Shown: positions 47,298 through 59,199 of the stretch, piece after piece | How positions within the stretch are numbered: position 1 is the stretch's first letter | Layout of the letters: the number at the start of each line of letters is the position of its first letter | Assembly (NCBI GenBank): GCA_964542445.1 | Contig: CAZITY010000001.1 | Location: 42,485-106,484, forward strand | Reading direction: 5' to 3' | DNA: 64,000 nt | Source of the DNA: an uncultured Halobacteriales archaeon | GTDB taxonomy: Archaea > Halobacteriota > Halobacteria > Halobacteriales > Hikarchaeaceae | Program-made: the position numbers and the translations under genes | The notes under the pieces: model-generated | Told to the model about the DNA's origin: nothing | The model's database searches: none | What the model saw: only the letters and a program-made list of their open reading frames with translations

Positions 47298-49010
47298 ATG
47301 GTAACCCCGTCAACAGTCGATATCGTTCTGATCGACGGGTATGTAGACGAACCGGCGCATTTCGGGGTTCCCCCATATCTATCCACTTATCCTCGTTACA
47401 CCGCCGGAGCTCTCGCCGATGCGGGCGTTCCTCCCGAGCAAATTTCGTTTTACACAATCGATGAGGCCCGCGATAACAACGAACCCTGGGTCGCGATTGA
47501 ATCAGCGGATTTCGTCATTTACCTCGGCGGTATGACAGTTCCAGGGAAATACGTTGGTGGCACTCCCGCGGAACCCCATGAAGTCCAAGAAATCGCTTGG
47601 GCAGCCACTGGTACAACCCTCCTCGGTGGTCCAGTTCGGTTCGGAGTTGGCGAGCGCAACGAAGGAGCCAGTGAAATGGAACGCGACAACCTAGATTACG
47701 ATTTCGTCGCCAAAGGAGATGTCGAAGCCGCTGCGTTTGATCTCATTGCTAATGATCTCACTGGCTTCACCGACCGTCTCCGATCGAACGAAGAAATCAA
47801 TGATTGGGCCGCCCGTGGGGCATTCATCGTCGAACAACACCCAAACCACCCTGATTATTTGATTTGTGAACTCGAAACGTCACGAGGGTGTCCATATCGA
47901 TGTTCCTTTTGCACGGAACCGCTCTACGGTAACGATCCATCGTTCCGCGATGCCGATTCCATTCATAGAGAAGTTCGGGCATTACATGATCATTCGATCC
48001 GTAATTTCCGTCTGGGACGGCAAGCAGATATTTTGGCTTATGGGGGTGATGGCGAAGCACCAAACCCGACCGCTCTCCGGAATCTCTACACTGGGATCCA
48101 TAATGCAGCCCCTGATCTGGCGACCTTGCACCTAGATAATATGAATCCCATTACGATTGTTCGCTGGCCAGAGCAATCAAGAGAATGCATCCGGACTATC
48201 GCAGAATACAATACCGCTGGCGATACCGCCGCGTTCGGTCTCGAAAGTGCTGATCCACTCGTTCAAGAGAAAAATAATCTCAATGTTACGGCGGACGAAT
48301 GTTTCGAAGCCATCGAAATCGTGAACGAAGAAGGTGGGTACCGAGACTCACCATCCCGATTACCAAAACTACTCCCGGGAATAAATCTCGTCCACGGACT
48401 AATAGGTGAACGGCCAGAAACATATGAACATAACCGAACGTTCTTACAACGAGTACTTGACGCTGGTTTGCTTGTTCGCCGGATCAATATTCGGCAAGTA
48501 ATGGCATTTCCGGGAACAGAGATGAGTCAAACTGGTGCAGCAATCGCGGAATCACATAAAAAACAATTCAAGCACTATAAACAAGAAATCCGGGAAACAA
48601 TAGACCAACCGTTTTTAAAACGAGTCGCTCCCAGTGGAACCATCTTACCCGATGTTCACCTCGAATACCAAGAAAACGATACCACGTTCGGTCGACAACT
48701 GGGCACATACCCATTACTCGTGGGCATTCCCGGCAGCTACGAATTAGGACAAACGATTGATGTCGCTCTTGTCGACCACGGCTACCGGTCCGTCACTGGC
48801 ATACCCTGGCCGTTGGACATTAACACGGCTTCAATGTCGGAACTGACTACCCTCCCAGAAATCGGCACCCAACGAGCCGGAACTATCATCGTTAACCGAC
48901 CATTTGAATCCCCAAATGATGTCACAGACCTGCTCTCAATAGACCTAACCGATTTCATCGAAACTCGACATTCTTCGCACCACCCTTCATCGAGATCTTC
49001 TCAAGCTTAA
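47298..49010 (+). CDS. radical SAM protein with C-terminal helix-hairpin-helix
   Basis: ETSRGCPYRCSFCTEP is the CxxxCxxC cluster. The C-terminal MSELTTLPEIGTQRAGTIIVNRPF is a ComEA-like HhH. Confidence 0.8.
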   Translation: MVTPSTVDIVLIDGYVDEPAHFGVPPYLSTYPRYTAGALADAGVPPEQISFYTIDEARDNNEPWVAIESADFVIYLGGMTVPGKYVGGTPAEPHEVQEIAWAATGTTLLGGPVRFGVGERNEGASEMERDNLDYDFVAKGDVEAAAFDLIANDLTGFTDRLRSNEEINDWAARGAFIVEQHPNHPDYLICELETSRGCPYRCSFCTEPLYGNDPSFRDADSIHREVRALHDHSIRNFRLGRQADILAYGGDGEAPNPTALRNLYTGIHNAAPDLATLHLDNMNPITIVRWPEQSRECIRTIAEYNTAGDTAAFGLESADPLVQEKNNLNVTADECFEAIEIVNEEGGYRDSPSRLPKLLPGINLVHGLIGERPETYEHNRTFLQRVLDAGLLVRRINIRQVMAFPGTEMSQTGAAIAESHKKQFKHYKQEIRETIDQPFLKRVAPSGTILPDVHLEYQENDTTFGRQLGTYPLLVGIPGSYELGQTIDVALVDHGYRSVTGIPWPLDINTASMSELTTLPEIGTQRAGTIIVNRPFESPNDVTDLLSIDLTDFIETRHSSHHPSSRSSQA

Positions 49011-49069
49011 CCCTGGCAACGGATCACTGAGGCCTTCGATTCCAACTGAGCCCGCGCAGTAAGTTCGCG

Positions 49070-49474
49070 CTATTCGAATGATTCATTGATTATCTCGCCC
49101 ACAGCGAAATTTGGTTTCACTTCTGTAATCTCTACTTTCACCCGCTCTCCCATTTCTGATTCTGGAACGATGATCACGTAGCCCCGTTCTACGCGCGCAA
49201 TTCCGTCACCTTGTTTCCCAATATCCTCGATTTCTACGTATCGCACCTCACCATTCTCGACTGGTGGTTGGGGTTGCGACGGATCACGTTCTCCAACAGG
49301 GATGGAGTCTTCCCTTGCTGAATCCCCTTGGGACAGTAACGCAACCCGATAATACTCACTCGGATCAACCGACCCAATATCAATCTCCCGATTCGGGACT
49401 TCGATCGTATAAGAATCATCTGTTTTCGTTATTTCCGCAGTGAATACACACAGAAGTTTATCAGAGAATTCCAC
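49070..49474 (-). CDS. TRAM domain protein
   Basis: The C-terminal GEVRYVEIEDIGKQGDGIARVERGYVIIVPESEMGERVKVEITEVKPNFAVGEII is a TRAM fold. The in-frame GTG at 49474 gives (M)EFSDKLLCVFTAEI, the usual haloarchaeal N-terminus. Confidence 0.75.
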   Translation of the reverse strand: MEFSDKLLCVFTAEITKTDDSYTIEVPNREIDIGSVDPSEYYRVALLSQGDSAREDSIPVGERDPSQPQPPVENGEVRYVEIEDIGKQGDGIARVERGYVIIVPESEMGERVKVEITEVKPNFAVGEIINESFE

Positions 49475-49556
49475 AGGAATAGCCCTCCAACGAATACCGT
49501 GGAACGCCGATGTAATATGCCTATCGCCCAATACAGTGAATCTTTCTTGCCGATTC

Positions 49557-50219
49557 TTACACTGAGTCGTCTAGATGCACGGAATCGCCATCATTTATGG
49601 TCGTTCCATCTGGTCGCTTTACGCCTTCGGAATCATACACCACTGTTCCGCCGTCTGACTCGCCCCCCTCCCGATAGGTAGTAACGACACGTCGTTCTTC
49701 ATTTGCTTCCATTATTGCCCGACGCTTCAACGCCTTCGCTAACGAAACTGCATCACTCCACGCGATATCCGTCCCTAGACCTTCACATTCATAGGCTACT
49801 ACCTCTCCTGCTTGCTCTACAATTTCGTCATCGGATTCTTCAAATTCGACACTAAACGGGTATGTTTGACAGATCATAGGCCGATCAGCATAACGGGTAC
49901 ATCCCCCTTCGTCCATAGTTTCATCATAAAATACACAACTTCCACAATCATCAGTTTGCAATGCCCATTCAAACGTCTCATTACTGTCTTGCGTCAATCC
50001 AAACGGCATCGGTTTGGCAACTGCTTCCCACGACTCATCATCCTCCTGCATCGAGCGAACTTCATCTGGGAACACTGTTGCAACGTGCTCGTCCTCCACA
50101 TTACCCGTACAACACTCTCCACAATCAGTACACTCAAACCCAATCGTCTTGATGGATTGAGCTAAACGATCAACCGATAGTGAACGGGCTTTCTGTAAGG
50201 TATCTTCACTACTATTCAT
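49557..50219 (-). CDS. YkgJ family cysteine-cluster protein (UPF0153)
   Basis: FECTDCGECCTG plus a downstream C...C cluster (CGSCVFYD...GGCTRY). Its start overlaps the MBL gene stop by 4 nt. Confidence 0.7.
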   Translation of the reverse strand: MNSSEDTLQKARSLSVDRLAQSIKTIGFECTDCGECCTGNVEDEHVATVFPDEVRSMQEDDESWEAVAKPMPFGLTQDSNETFEWALQTDDCGSCVFYDETMDEGGCTRYADRPMICQTYPFSVEFEESDDEIVEQAGEVVAYECEGLGTDIAWSDAVSLAKALKRRAIMEANEERRVVTTYREGGESDGGTVVYDSEGVKRPDGTTINDGDSVHLDDSV

Positions 50220-51004
50220 TTCTCAATAATGCATTCATTACTACGGGGGCGAGCAACTCCACCATCCCAGGTTACTTTTTGTTCCACCCGGAGTTTCTCA
50301 AGATGGGCACGCACAGACAATTCCGCCAATTTCTGTACCTCACTAACGTCCTTCTCATAGGCCTTAGAAACAATATCCTCTATACATTCTGCACCGGACT
50401 GCACCGCTTCGAAGACGTTTTTCTCTCGCATCATCCGATGGTGAATTAACTGCGTGATGGCCTCATTCGGATCAGCAATTACTGGACCATGACCAGGATA
50501 CAGTCTCTCGAAATGTTGCTGTAACATCCGTCGCAAACTCGTCAAATACGCCCGCATATTTCCATCGGCCCCACCAACAAACACACTTCCTTCTCCAAAC
50601 ACCAAATCGCCCGTAATCCCACTATCCCCAAAAACATACGCCACGTGATCAGGGGCATGCCCAGGGGCATCTAAAACCGTCACTTCCCCGATACAAGAAC
50701 CATCACGGAACGTAGCATCCGGCTCCATGCCCGTCGCCTCAATAAACCGATTGACGTAGGATTCATGCGCCCACACACGCGCACCCGTTCTTTCACCATA
50801 ATCCGAAACGCCCCCGACATGATCCGAGTGGGTATGTGTCACAACAATATGATCGATCCCATACTGCTTGACGCTACTCGAAAGTAACTCAGTCTCATCA
50901 GCAGGATCAACTAAGAATGATTCCTCCCCAGAAACAATATACGCGTTTGTCGCTCCACCAGGTGCACTCGTTGAAACAGGGACAGATACAGCCTCGATTT
51001 TCAC
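50216..51004 (-). CDS. MBL-fold metallo-hydrolase (glyoxalase II-like)
   Basis: IVVTHTHSDHVGG (HxHxDH), APGHAPDH, and LYPGHGP. Confidence 0.8.
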   Translation of the reverse strand: MKIEAVSVPVSTSAPGGATNAYIVSGEESFLVDPADETELLSSSVKQYGIDHIVVTHTHSDHVGGVSDYGERTGARVWAHESYVNRFIEATGMEPDATFRDGSCIGEVTVLDAPGHAPDHVAYVFGDSGITGDLVFGEGSVFVGGADGNMRAYLTSLRRMLQQHFERLYPGHGPVIADPNEAITQLIHHRMMREKNVFEAVQSGAECIEDIVSKAYEKDVSEVQKLAELSVRAHLEKLRVEQKVTWDGGVARPRSNECIIEK

Positions 51005-51172
51005 TACCTAGCTAAATTCCTTCCAATACAATCAGTATATCGAACTCGAACAAAAAATCCAGAACGATTATAAGCACATATCGACTGATCAGTATCTCAT
51101 TGCTCGTTAAATTCAACGACCCGAATTCCAATACGGTTTTATTCCTCCCGTTCGGTTTTTTTCTCGCGAACC

Positions 51173-51877
51173 GTGAAAGGCCGCAATTGGTACCAAGACG
51201 AGCCAATCGCCGAGGAGTATGAGTCTAAACGGTTTACAGGGGGCGGGAGACTTATCGACCAACGCGAACGAACAGCCGTACTGAACGCCATTTCTCCCAA
51301 CGAAAATAAACGAATCCTCGAAATCGCATGCGGCACCGGCCGATTTACGATTATGCTTGCAAATCACGGAGCCAAAGTAACCGGGATCGACATATCGGCA
51401 CCCATGCTTTCCCAGGGCCGGTCAAAAATATCGGATCATGAAGCAGCATTAATTGATTTTCTCCGAGGAGACGCAGCTCGATTACCGTTCGCTGATAACC
51501 AGTTTGACGCCGTTTTTGCAATTCGTTTCTTTCACCTAGCAGACACCCCACTTCGATTTCTCCGAGAAATGCAACGGGTCTCATCTAACACCGTGTTTTT
51601 TGATACATTCAACTCCTTCAGCACTCGATCAGTGTATAACTGGCTTTTACCGATGGGATCTCATTTATATTCACCCAGCGATGTCTCAGACCTCATCGAT
51701 GGCGCAAACCTCGAGTTACACGAGGCGACGCACGATTTCATCGTCCCATTCGGCGTGTACCGAAGTTTACCAATGGGTATCGCTCGACCTCTCCGCGCTA
51801 TCGACACTTCCATCCTGAAACTACCCCAGGCTTATCGATTCGCTTCCGTTTCGTACTGGCACTGCGAAAAACCCTAA
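51173..51877 (+). CDS. class I SAM-dependent methyltransferase
   Basis: RILEIACGTGRFT is motif I, with FDAVFAIRFFH downstream. The TATA-like TTTTATT at 51137-51143 lies 29 nt upstream of the GTG start. Confidence 0.75.
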   Translation: MKGRNWYQDEPIAEEYESKRFTGGGRLIDQRERTAVLNAISPNENKRILEIACGTGRFTIMLANHGAKVTGIDISAPMLSQGRSKISDHEAALIDFLRGDAARLPFADNQFDAVFAIRFFHLADTPLRFLREMQRVSSNTVFFDTFNSFSTRSVYNWLLPMGSHLYSPSDVSDLIDGANLELHEATHDFIVPFGVYRSLPMGIARPLRAIDTSILKLPQAYRFASVSYWHCEKP

Positions 51878-51901
51878 CCCCGATCTCCCCCGAAACCGGT
51901 T

Positions 51902-52714
51902 TTACCCGAGAATGTCCGGTAAAACTCGTTCTGCGTTTTTCGAGAATGCCTTTCGCATCGTATCCTCAGGGATATCCAACGCTAACAATTCCATTACGCC
52001 AACATTTTGATGAACATCAGGACTCCCGCTCCCGAATATCACGCGGTCAGGATGCTCGCGCATTGCTTGCTCTAAAATATCTCGAAACCGGACGACACTC
52101 GTATCCACATAACAATCATCGTAAGATGAGAGCAAGGCAATCGTTTCACGCATAAATTTGGGTTGTAATGGATACCCACCGAAATGCGCCACAATCACGG
52201 GAAATGTTCTCGTCAAAACCGTGTCCTCCAATACCGTCGGTGGGAAACCAACTCCTGTATGAACGATTATTGGTAAACCTACTTTCTCAAGACGGTCTAG
52301 TACTTCATCATCCGGAATCCCATCCACAACCGGGTTAAGCTTAAACCCTTGAAACCGGTCGTCATACGCATACCGCTCAACATCCACAGGCGAAACATGG
52401 ATATCTTCTCTCCGGCGCAATCGATTTGTCACATCCGTTACTGGTGAATTCGGTGGAATTCGAGGACCGTTGATTCGGGCGAACGCAACAAAAGGCCGGT
52501 CTACTGACTGTCGAGCGACGGAATTATTCGCTCGAAGATAACCACCTTCCCGTGGTCCTGGGAAAACAACGGTGCGGATGATCCCAGCTTGTTGCATTTC
52601 ACGCTCGAGTTGATCAGGGCTAATTGGATATCGTCGGTCCGACGACGATTGATTCGACGAGTGGAGGTGGGCATGGACATCTATGATCCGGAACCCATGT
52701 TCCAACTCGAGCAT
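51902..52714 (-). CDS. amidohydrolase family protein (TIM-barrel metal-dependent hydrolase)
   Basis: The N-terminal IIDVHAHL metal-binding motif, with internal VHTG and AHFGG. Confidence 0.7.
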   Translation of the reverse strand: MLELEHGFRIIDVHAHLHSSNQSSSDRRYPISPDQLEREMQQAGIIRTVVFPGPREGGYLRANNSVARQSVDRPFVAFARINGPRIPPNSPVTDVTNRLRRREDIHVSPVDVERYAYDDRFQGFKLNPVVDGIPDDEVLDRLEKVGLPIIVHTGVGFPPTVLEDTVLTRTFPVIVAHFGGYPLQPKFMRETIALLSSYDDCYVDTSVVRFRDILEQAMREHPDRVIFGSGSPDVHQNVGVMELLALDIPEDTMRKAFSKNAERVLPDILG

Positions 52715-52790
52715 TATGCACTGGTTGTAAGCGAATCTATTTTTTCCTACCGGTTAGTTGCCTCCATCAATCAACACCCATCGCGTTAGG

Positions 52791-52798
52791 TTTATATA
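52791..52798 (+). promoter_or_regulatory. TATA box (TTTATATA) of the thermosome gene
   Basis: A strong TATA consensus 32 nt upstream of the ATG at 52831, which implies a short 5' leader. Confidence 0.5.
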
Positions 52799-52830
52799 GA
52801 CGCGCTAACTTTCATCTATTGAATACAACC

Positions 52831-54405
<1,575 letters not shown>

Positions 54406-54444
54406 TCACACAAACCGATAACTTTCTTAACCCTCCCTCGCAGG

Positions 54445-55212
54445 TTATTCTACCAGATCGACACGCACAGAATCGCCGGGTTCTAATTCGAAGTACGTAT
54501 CCCCCCGTCCCTCACGAACCGCAAGTTCTAGGTTATTGTGACTCCCAATCGTTGCAAGCGGGGCATCTCGTTTCGTTTCACCATAGGTTTCAAGGAGCTG
54601 AATCTCCCTATTATTGACCAAGAGCGTACCCCCTGGCCGAGCACCAATGGTTTCGCGTGGAATGTTTGTGATTACATTCCCGAATCCGTCCACCACTAGC
54701 ACTTCCCCTCTAATCGTTGACTCTTCTAGGGATGGATGAGGGAATTCTAGGGATTCAAAAGTTGTCACTTTGCGTAATCGCTCCTGTGCTCTGAGGTCGT
54801 CGATTGATGATGTAGTTAACTCAGCTGCCATCGGAGCGAACACATCACGACCATGAAACGTATTACTCTCACTGCAATCGACCCTGATGTCATACACATC
54901 GAACGAATCCTCATCACCAAGCGACCGGGCGACCGGTACTAACACACCGTTGTCCGGCCCGATAAGCCGGTGATTACCGGCAGACACGACGACTGCCCGC
55001 CGATCCGTTCCAACCCCTGGATCAACGACTACAAGGTGGACACACGGGGGAAACCACGGGAGTATCTGGTCGAGCCAAAACGCTGACTCACGAATATTTT
55101 GTCGAGAGAATTCATGGGAAATATCAATCATCCTGGCATCGCACTTAGACGCAATAACCCCCTTCATTGCAGCCGGATACGGCGATTTGAAATCTGAACT
55201 CAACGTGATCAT
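54445..55212 (-). CDS. SAM hydrolase/SAM-dependent halogenase family protein (DUF62)
   Basis: MITLSSDFKSPYPAAMKGVI...VVVDPGVGT...GPDNG...FHGRDVFAP are the conserved DUF62 motifs. Confidence 0.8.
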   Translation of the reverse strand: MITLSSDFKSPYPAAMKGVIASKCDARMIDISHEFSRQNIRESAFWLDQILPWFPPCVHLVVVDPGVGTDRRAVVVSAGNHRLIGPDNGVLVPVARSLGDEDSFDVYDIRVDCSESNTFHGRDVFAPMAAELTTSSIDDLRAQERLRKVTTFESLEFPHPSLEESTIRGEVLVVDGFGNVITNIPRETIGARPGGTLLVNNREIQLLETYGETKRDAPLATIGSHNNLELAVREGRGDTYFELEPGDSVRVDLVE

Positions 55213-55260
55213 TTTTTCACCTAAAAACAGAACAGTCGATCATCATTTACTTACCCGTGA

Positions 55261-55779
55261 TCAATTCCCGTTTGAATCGCTTTTGTTCACCCGTTGAATC
55301 CGTTCAATCCCATTGATTTCATTAATGATCCCAACCACTGCGGACGGCACGAGGTCCTGCCAATCTTCTCCAGCAATCATTCGATCTCGAACTTCAGTTC
55401 CCTCAAGCACTTCTCGATTGAACATGGAGGATTGACGTACTTCCACTCCAGCTTCTTCGAACAGCTGAATTACTAATGGATTATTCGAAAACGCAACATC
55501 GAACGCCGGACTCATACTCTCTACGTGACTTACCCACACCGAATTCCGGTCGAGATCCTCAATCGGAACTGGGTACGTCACCAATTCAAGATCAACCACC
55601 GATTTTGTAATCATCATGATGCGTTCCCCTGACGTAAACGGATCAGTACTCGTATGGGATTGATCTGCACTCCCAATCCCAAGCACCAACTCATCTACCT
55701 CATCCGCTATCGTCCGCACCACTCGGTGATGCCCATTGTGGTACGGTTGAAAACGACCAATGTAACACCCACGCGTCAT
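55261..55779 (-). CDS. nadM: nicotinamide-nucleotide adenylyltransferase (archaeal NMNAT)
   Basis: RGCYIGRFQPYHNGHHRVV is the (H/T)xGH motif, in a protein of ~170 aa. Confidence 0.85.
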   Translation of the reverse strand: MTRGCYIGRFQPYHNGHHRVVRTIADEVDELVLGIGSADQSHTSTDPFTSGERIMMITKSVVDLELVTYPVPIEDLDRNSVWVSHVESMSPAFDVAFSNNPLVIQLFEEAGVEVRQSSMFNREVLEGTEVRDRMIAGEDWQDLVPSAVVGIINEINGIERIQRVNKSDSNGN

Positions 55780-55915
55780 ACGTTAAGCAGTTTAATGGCA
55801 TTCGTATAAACATAGCGAGAGAATCACACCGGGTTACAAATTATCGTCTTCTTTTCCGAGGGGAGAAAGTATATCACTGGCAAGGCCTACCCTTCTAGTT
55901 GTAAGCACGCAGTTC

Positions 55916-57934
55916 ATGAGTAACGACAGTTACGATACCTCCGAGGTCCCTGATCAGGATATCCAATCGACAGAAGAACTCCCAACGCGGGACGAAATCG
56001 GGAGTGATGTCGAAGTAGACGAAGGTGTGGAAATCGACGAAGATATCGCTGACAATGACTTGCTCGGGGGTCTCAAAATTGAAACAACCGCTGACATCAA
56101 AGTCCCCGATCAATTAATTGACCAAGTAATCGGTCAAGACCATGCCCGTGACATCGTGATGAAGGCAGCGAAACAACATCGTCACGTCATGATGATTGGT
56201 TCCCCTGGTACGGGAAAATCGATGCTCGCGAAAGCGATGACGGAACTTCTCCCCCAAGAAGATCTCCAAGATGTCTTGGTGTATCACAACCCCGATGATG
56301 GAAATGAACCAAAGATCAGGACGGTTCCGTCAGGGAAAGGAGAACAAATCGTAGACGCCCATAAAGAAGAAGCGCGAAAGCGCAACCAGATGCGGTCGTT
56401 CTTGATGTGGATAATTATCGCAGTGGTTGTTGGGTACGCGCTCTTAATCGCACAAAGCCCGCTCCTCGGTATCATTGCGGCCGGAGTGATTTATCTCGTA
56501 TTCCGCTACATGAATCGAGGATCGGATGCGATGGTCCCGAATCTTTTGATTAACACCGCGGACGAACCGAAAGCTCCCTTTGAGGATGCAACAGGAGCTC
56601 ATGCAGGAGCCCTCCTCGGTGACGTTCGACACGATCCATTCCAATCCGGTGGTATGGAAACCCCGAGTCACGACCGCGTCGAACCAGGCGCGATCCACAA
56701 AGCCCACAAAGGGGTGTTGTTCATCGATGAAATCAACACGCTCGAAATCCGGACCCAACAAAAACTGATGACCGCGATTCAAGAAGGTGAATTTGCGATC
56801 ACGGGACAATCAGAGCGATCATCGGGAGCGATGGTCCAAACTGAACCGGTTCCTTGTGACTTCATCCTCATCGCTGCCGGGAACCTTGATGCAATGGAGA
56901 ACATGCATCCAGCGTTACGGAACCGGGTCAAAGGCTATGGCTATGAGGTCTACATGGAGGACACCATCGAGGACACGCCCGAAATCCGACGAAAATACGT
57001 CCGGTTCGTGGCTCAGGAAGTAGAAAAAGACGGGAGACTCCCGCATTTTGAAGCAGACGCCGTTCGCGAAATCATTCTCGAATCTCGTCGTCGTGCTGGA
57101 CGGAAAGGCCATTTGACTCTCGGGTTTCGGAGTTTGGGTGGGTTGGTGCGAGTCGCCGGAGACATTGCCCGGGCTGAAGGTGCTGAACATGTCAACAGAG
57201 AACATGTCCTTAGAGCCAAAGATCGGTCACGGAGCATTGAACAACAACTCGCTGATGACTATATTCAACGACGCAAGGACTACGAACTCACAGTGGGTGA
57301 GGGTTCGGTTGTCGGTCGAGTGAACGGATTAGCCGTAATGGGGGAGGATTCAGGAATCGTGCTCCCTGTTATGGCCGAGGTCACTCCAAGTCAAGGTCCG
57401 GGTGAAGTCATCGCTACAGGCCAACTGAAAGAAATGGCGCAAGAAGCGGTGGAGAATGTGTCCGCGATCATAAAGAAATTCTCTGATGAGAACATCTCCC
57501 AGAAAGACATTCATATCCAGTTTGTACAAGCAGGGCAACAAGGGGTCGATGGTGACTCCGCCTCGATTACCGTCGCGACTGCTGTAATTAGTGCGCTTGA
57601 GGAGGCCGGCGTGGATCAGAGTGTCGCGATGACCGGGTCATTATCAGTTCGTGGAGATGTTTTGCCGGTCGGGGGCGTAACGCACAAAATCGAAGCGGCC
57701 GCAAAAGCTGGACTAAAAACAGTAATCATCCCAGAGGCGAACGAGCAGGATGTCATGATCGAAGATGAATATAAAGATATGGTCGATATCATACCTGTCA
57801 GTCACATCAGTGAAGTGCTACAAATTGCATTGTCTGATGACGTTGAGAAAGACGGCCTTGTGGACCGGTTGAAATCGATTACTGGTCAAGCGCTTGATCA
57901 TAAGGTCGGGACAGGAAGCCCTAGCCCACAATAA
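55916..57934 (+). CDS. lon: archaeal membrane-bound Lon protease (LonB)
   Basis: MMIGSPGTGKSMLAKAM is the Walker A. Two TM helices are inserted in the AAA+ domain (FLMWIIIAVVVGYALL...IIAAGVIYLVF). The C-terminal protease domain carries DGDSASITV and a Ser-Lys dyad. Confidence 0.9.
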   Translation: MSNDSYDTSEVPDQDIQSTEELPTRDEIGSDVEVDEGVEIDEDIADNDLLGGLKIETTADIKVPDQLIDQVIGQDHARDIVMKAAKQHRHVMMIGSPGTGKSMLAKAMTELLPQEDLQDVLVYHNPDDGNEPKIRTVPSGKGEQIVDAHKEEARKRNQMRSFLMWIIIAVVVGYALLIAQSPLLGIIAAGVIYLVFRYMNRGSDAMVPNLLINTADEPKAPFEDATGAHAGALLGDVRHDPFQSGGMETPSHDRVEPGAIHKAHKGVLFIDEINTLEIRTQQKLMTAIQEGEFAITGQSERSSGAMVQTEPVPCDFILIAAGNLDAMENMHPALRNRVKGYGYEVYMEDTIEDTPEIRRKYVRFVAQEVEKDGRLPHFEADAVREIILESRRRAGRKGHLTLGFRSLGGLVRVAGDIARAEGAEHVNREHVLRAKDRSRSIEQQLADDYIQRRKDYELTVGEGSVVGRVNGLAVMGEDSGIVLPVMAEVTPSQGPGEVIATGQLKEMAQEAVENVSAIIKKFSDENISQKDIHIQFVQAGQQGVDGDSASITVATAVISALEEAGVDQSVAMTGSLSVRGDVLPVGGVTHKIEAAAKAGLKTVIIPEANEQDVMIEDEYKDMVDIIPVSHISEVLQIALSDDVEKDGLVDRLKSITGQALDHKVGTGSPSPQ

Positions 57935-57986
57935 CTCGTCAGTCCCGTTTGGAGTGTGTCGCTGAAGTACTCAGATAGCGATGGTA

Positions 57987-59126
57987 TTATTCGACGGGTT
58001 CTGGGTCGGCAATCGTTGTTCCACTGAGGTATGAGGCTATTCTCACGCCGACAAGGCTAACGAGAACACCTGCAATTACGAACAACGCTAACCGCTCTTC
58101 GGGAGTTAACGGGAACGCTGGGAGTGTAATCGTCCCAATTTGGACATTGGGAATGATGAGCGGTTCAATATTTGTCGATCGCTGGAGGAAATATGCGGCG
58201 AACCCTCGGATAACCAACCCCACGGCAATCACGCCAAACGGTAAGTTCAAATACGCATTTGAAAGCTGTTCTGACCGGATCACTTCGTCGAATAGTCGAC
58301 CGGTGCTCGCTGTCATTGCTGCGAGCGCCAACCATGGTACACTATGATAAACGAACGACATAGTAATCACAATAATACTATTTGATCCAGATCCTGACAA
58401 CCCGAGCGCCCCTGCGAATAATCCAACAAGCGCAAGCCCCCCGGCGACCACATACGTTACGATCGAAACACGACCGGAATAAAAGGCGTCGCGGGCTTGC
58501 GCGGGTAGATCTTCGAGATAATCATCGATTCCGAGTCCTTTATAGAGCAAAAATCCCCCAATTACTGCGGTTATAGAAGCGACTGCAATGGCAGTGCCAG
58601 CGAGCATTGAAATGACCGGAAAGGCAACAAGGGCCACCCCGATGGGGACGAGTAGCGTGGTCCTGAGTTCTTCGTCAGCAAGAAACTGTTTGAGTAAGTA
58701 ATACGTCGATTCTAAATCGTGAATTTGCCGTACTACTACCCGGTCTACAGAATCAACCCGTACTCGGCTCTCGATGATCGGTACTAACCGTTCATCTTCC
58801 GCGCTATCAACGACGATGATTACGCCGGTCGGTTCGTACGCAGAAACAAGTTCATCGATCTGTTGTGCTATGGTCCGATCAGCTCCGATCATCGATTCAT
58901 CTTTCCCGGAAACTGCGGCGACAATCACACCCTCGTTGTCTTCTTCTAGTTCCCGCGTTACCCGTAACGCTTCTAGATGGCGGTTCACCGTACTGTCTTC
59001 GGGATCCGTTATGCCGGCCTCCAGTGCAAGTTCCTCAACTGAATCCCACCCTACCACCGGGTAATCAGCCGCCAACTGACGACGAGGCTCATTTCCACGA
59101 TCGATACTTACAACGAGGGTGGACAT
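57987..59126 (-). CDS. DUF373 family membrane protein
   Basis: A soluble N-terminal domain (MSTLVVSIDRGNE...) is followed by about 6 TM segments. The architecture and start match archaeal DUF373. Confidence 0.6.
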   Translation of the reverse strand: MSTLVVSIDRGNEPRRQLAADYPVVGWDSVEELALEAGITDPEDSTVNRHLEALRVTRELEEDNEGVIVAAVSGKDESMIGADRTIAQQIDELVSAYEPTGVIIVVDSAEDERLVPIIESRVRVDSVDRVVVRQIHDLESTYYLLKQFLADEELRTTLLVPIGVALVAFPVISMLAGTAIAVASITAVIGGFLLYKGLGIDDYLEDLPAQARDAFYSGRVSIVTYVVAGGLALVGLFAGALGLSGSGSNSIIVITMSFVYHSVPWLALAAMTASTGRLFDEVIRSEQLSNAYLNLPFGVIAVGLVIRGFAAYFLQRSTNIEPLIIPNVQIGTITLPAFPLTPEERLALFVIAGVLVSLVGVRIASYLSGTTIADPEPVE

Positions 59127-59199
59127 TCCCTATTCATCTGAAGACGGTAAGGCATAAAAAATCTCGTGGGATGCGCGGTACCATGATTGGCTTTTGGAG

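Noticed and set aside
51005-51172. T7 run (51156-51162) considered as the terminator of an intergenic sRNA
   Set aside because: The T-run lies between a TATA-like TTTTATT (51137-51143) and the start of the methyltransferase gene. No upstream promoter-plus-structure combination is convincing. It is more simply part of that promoter region.
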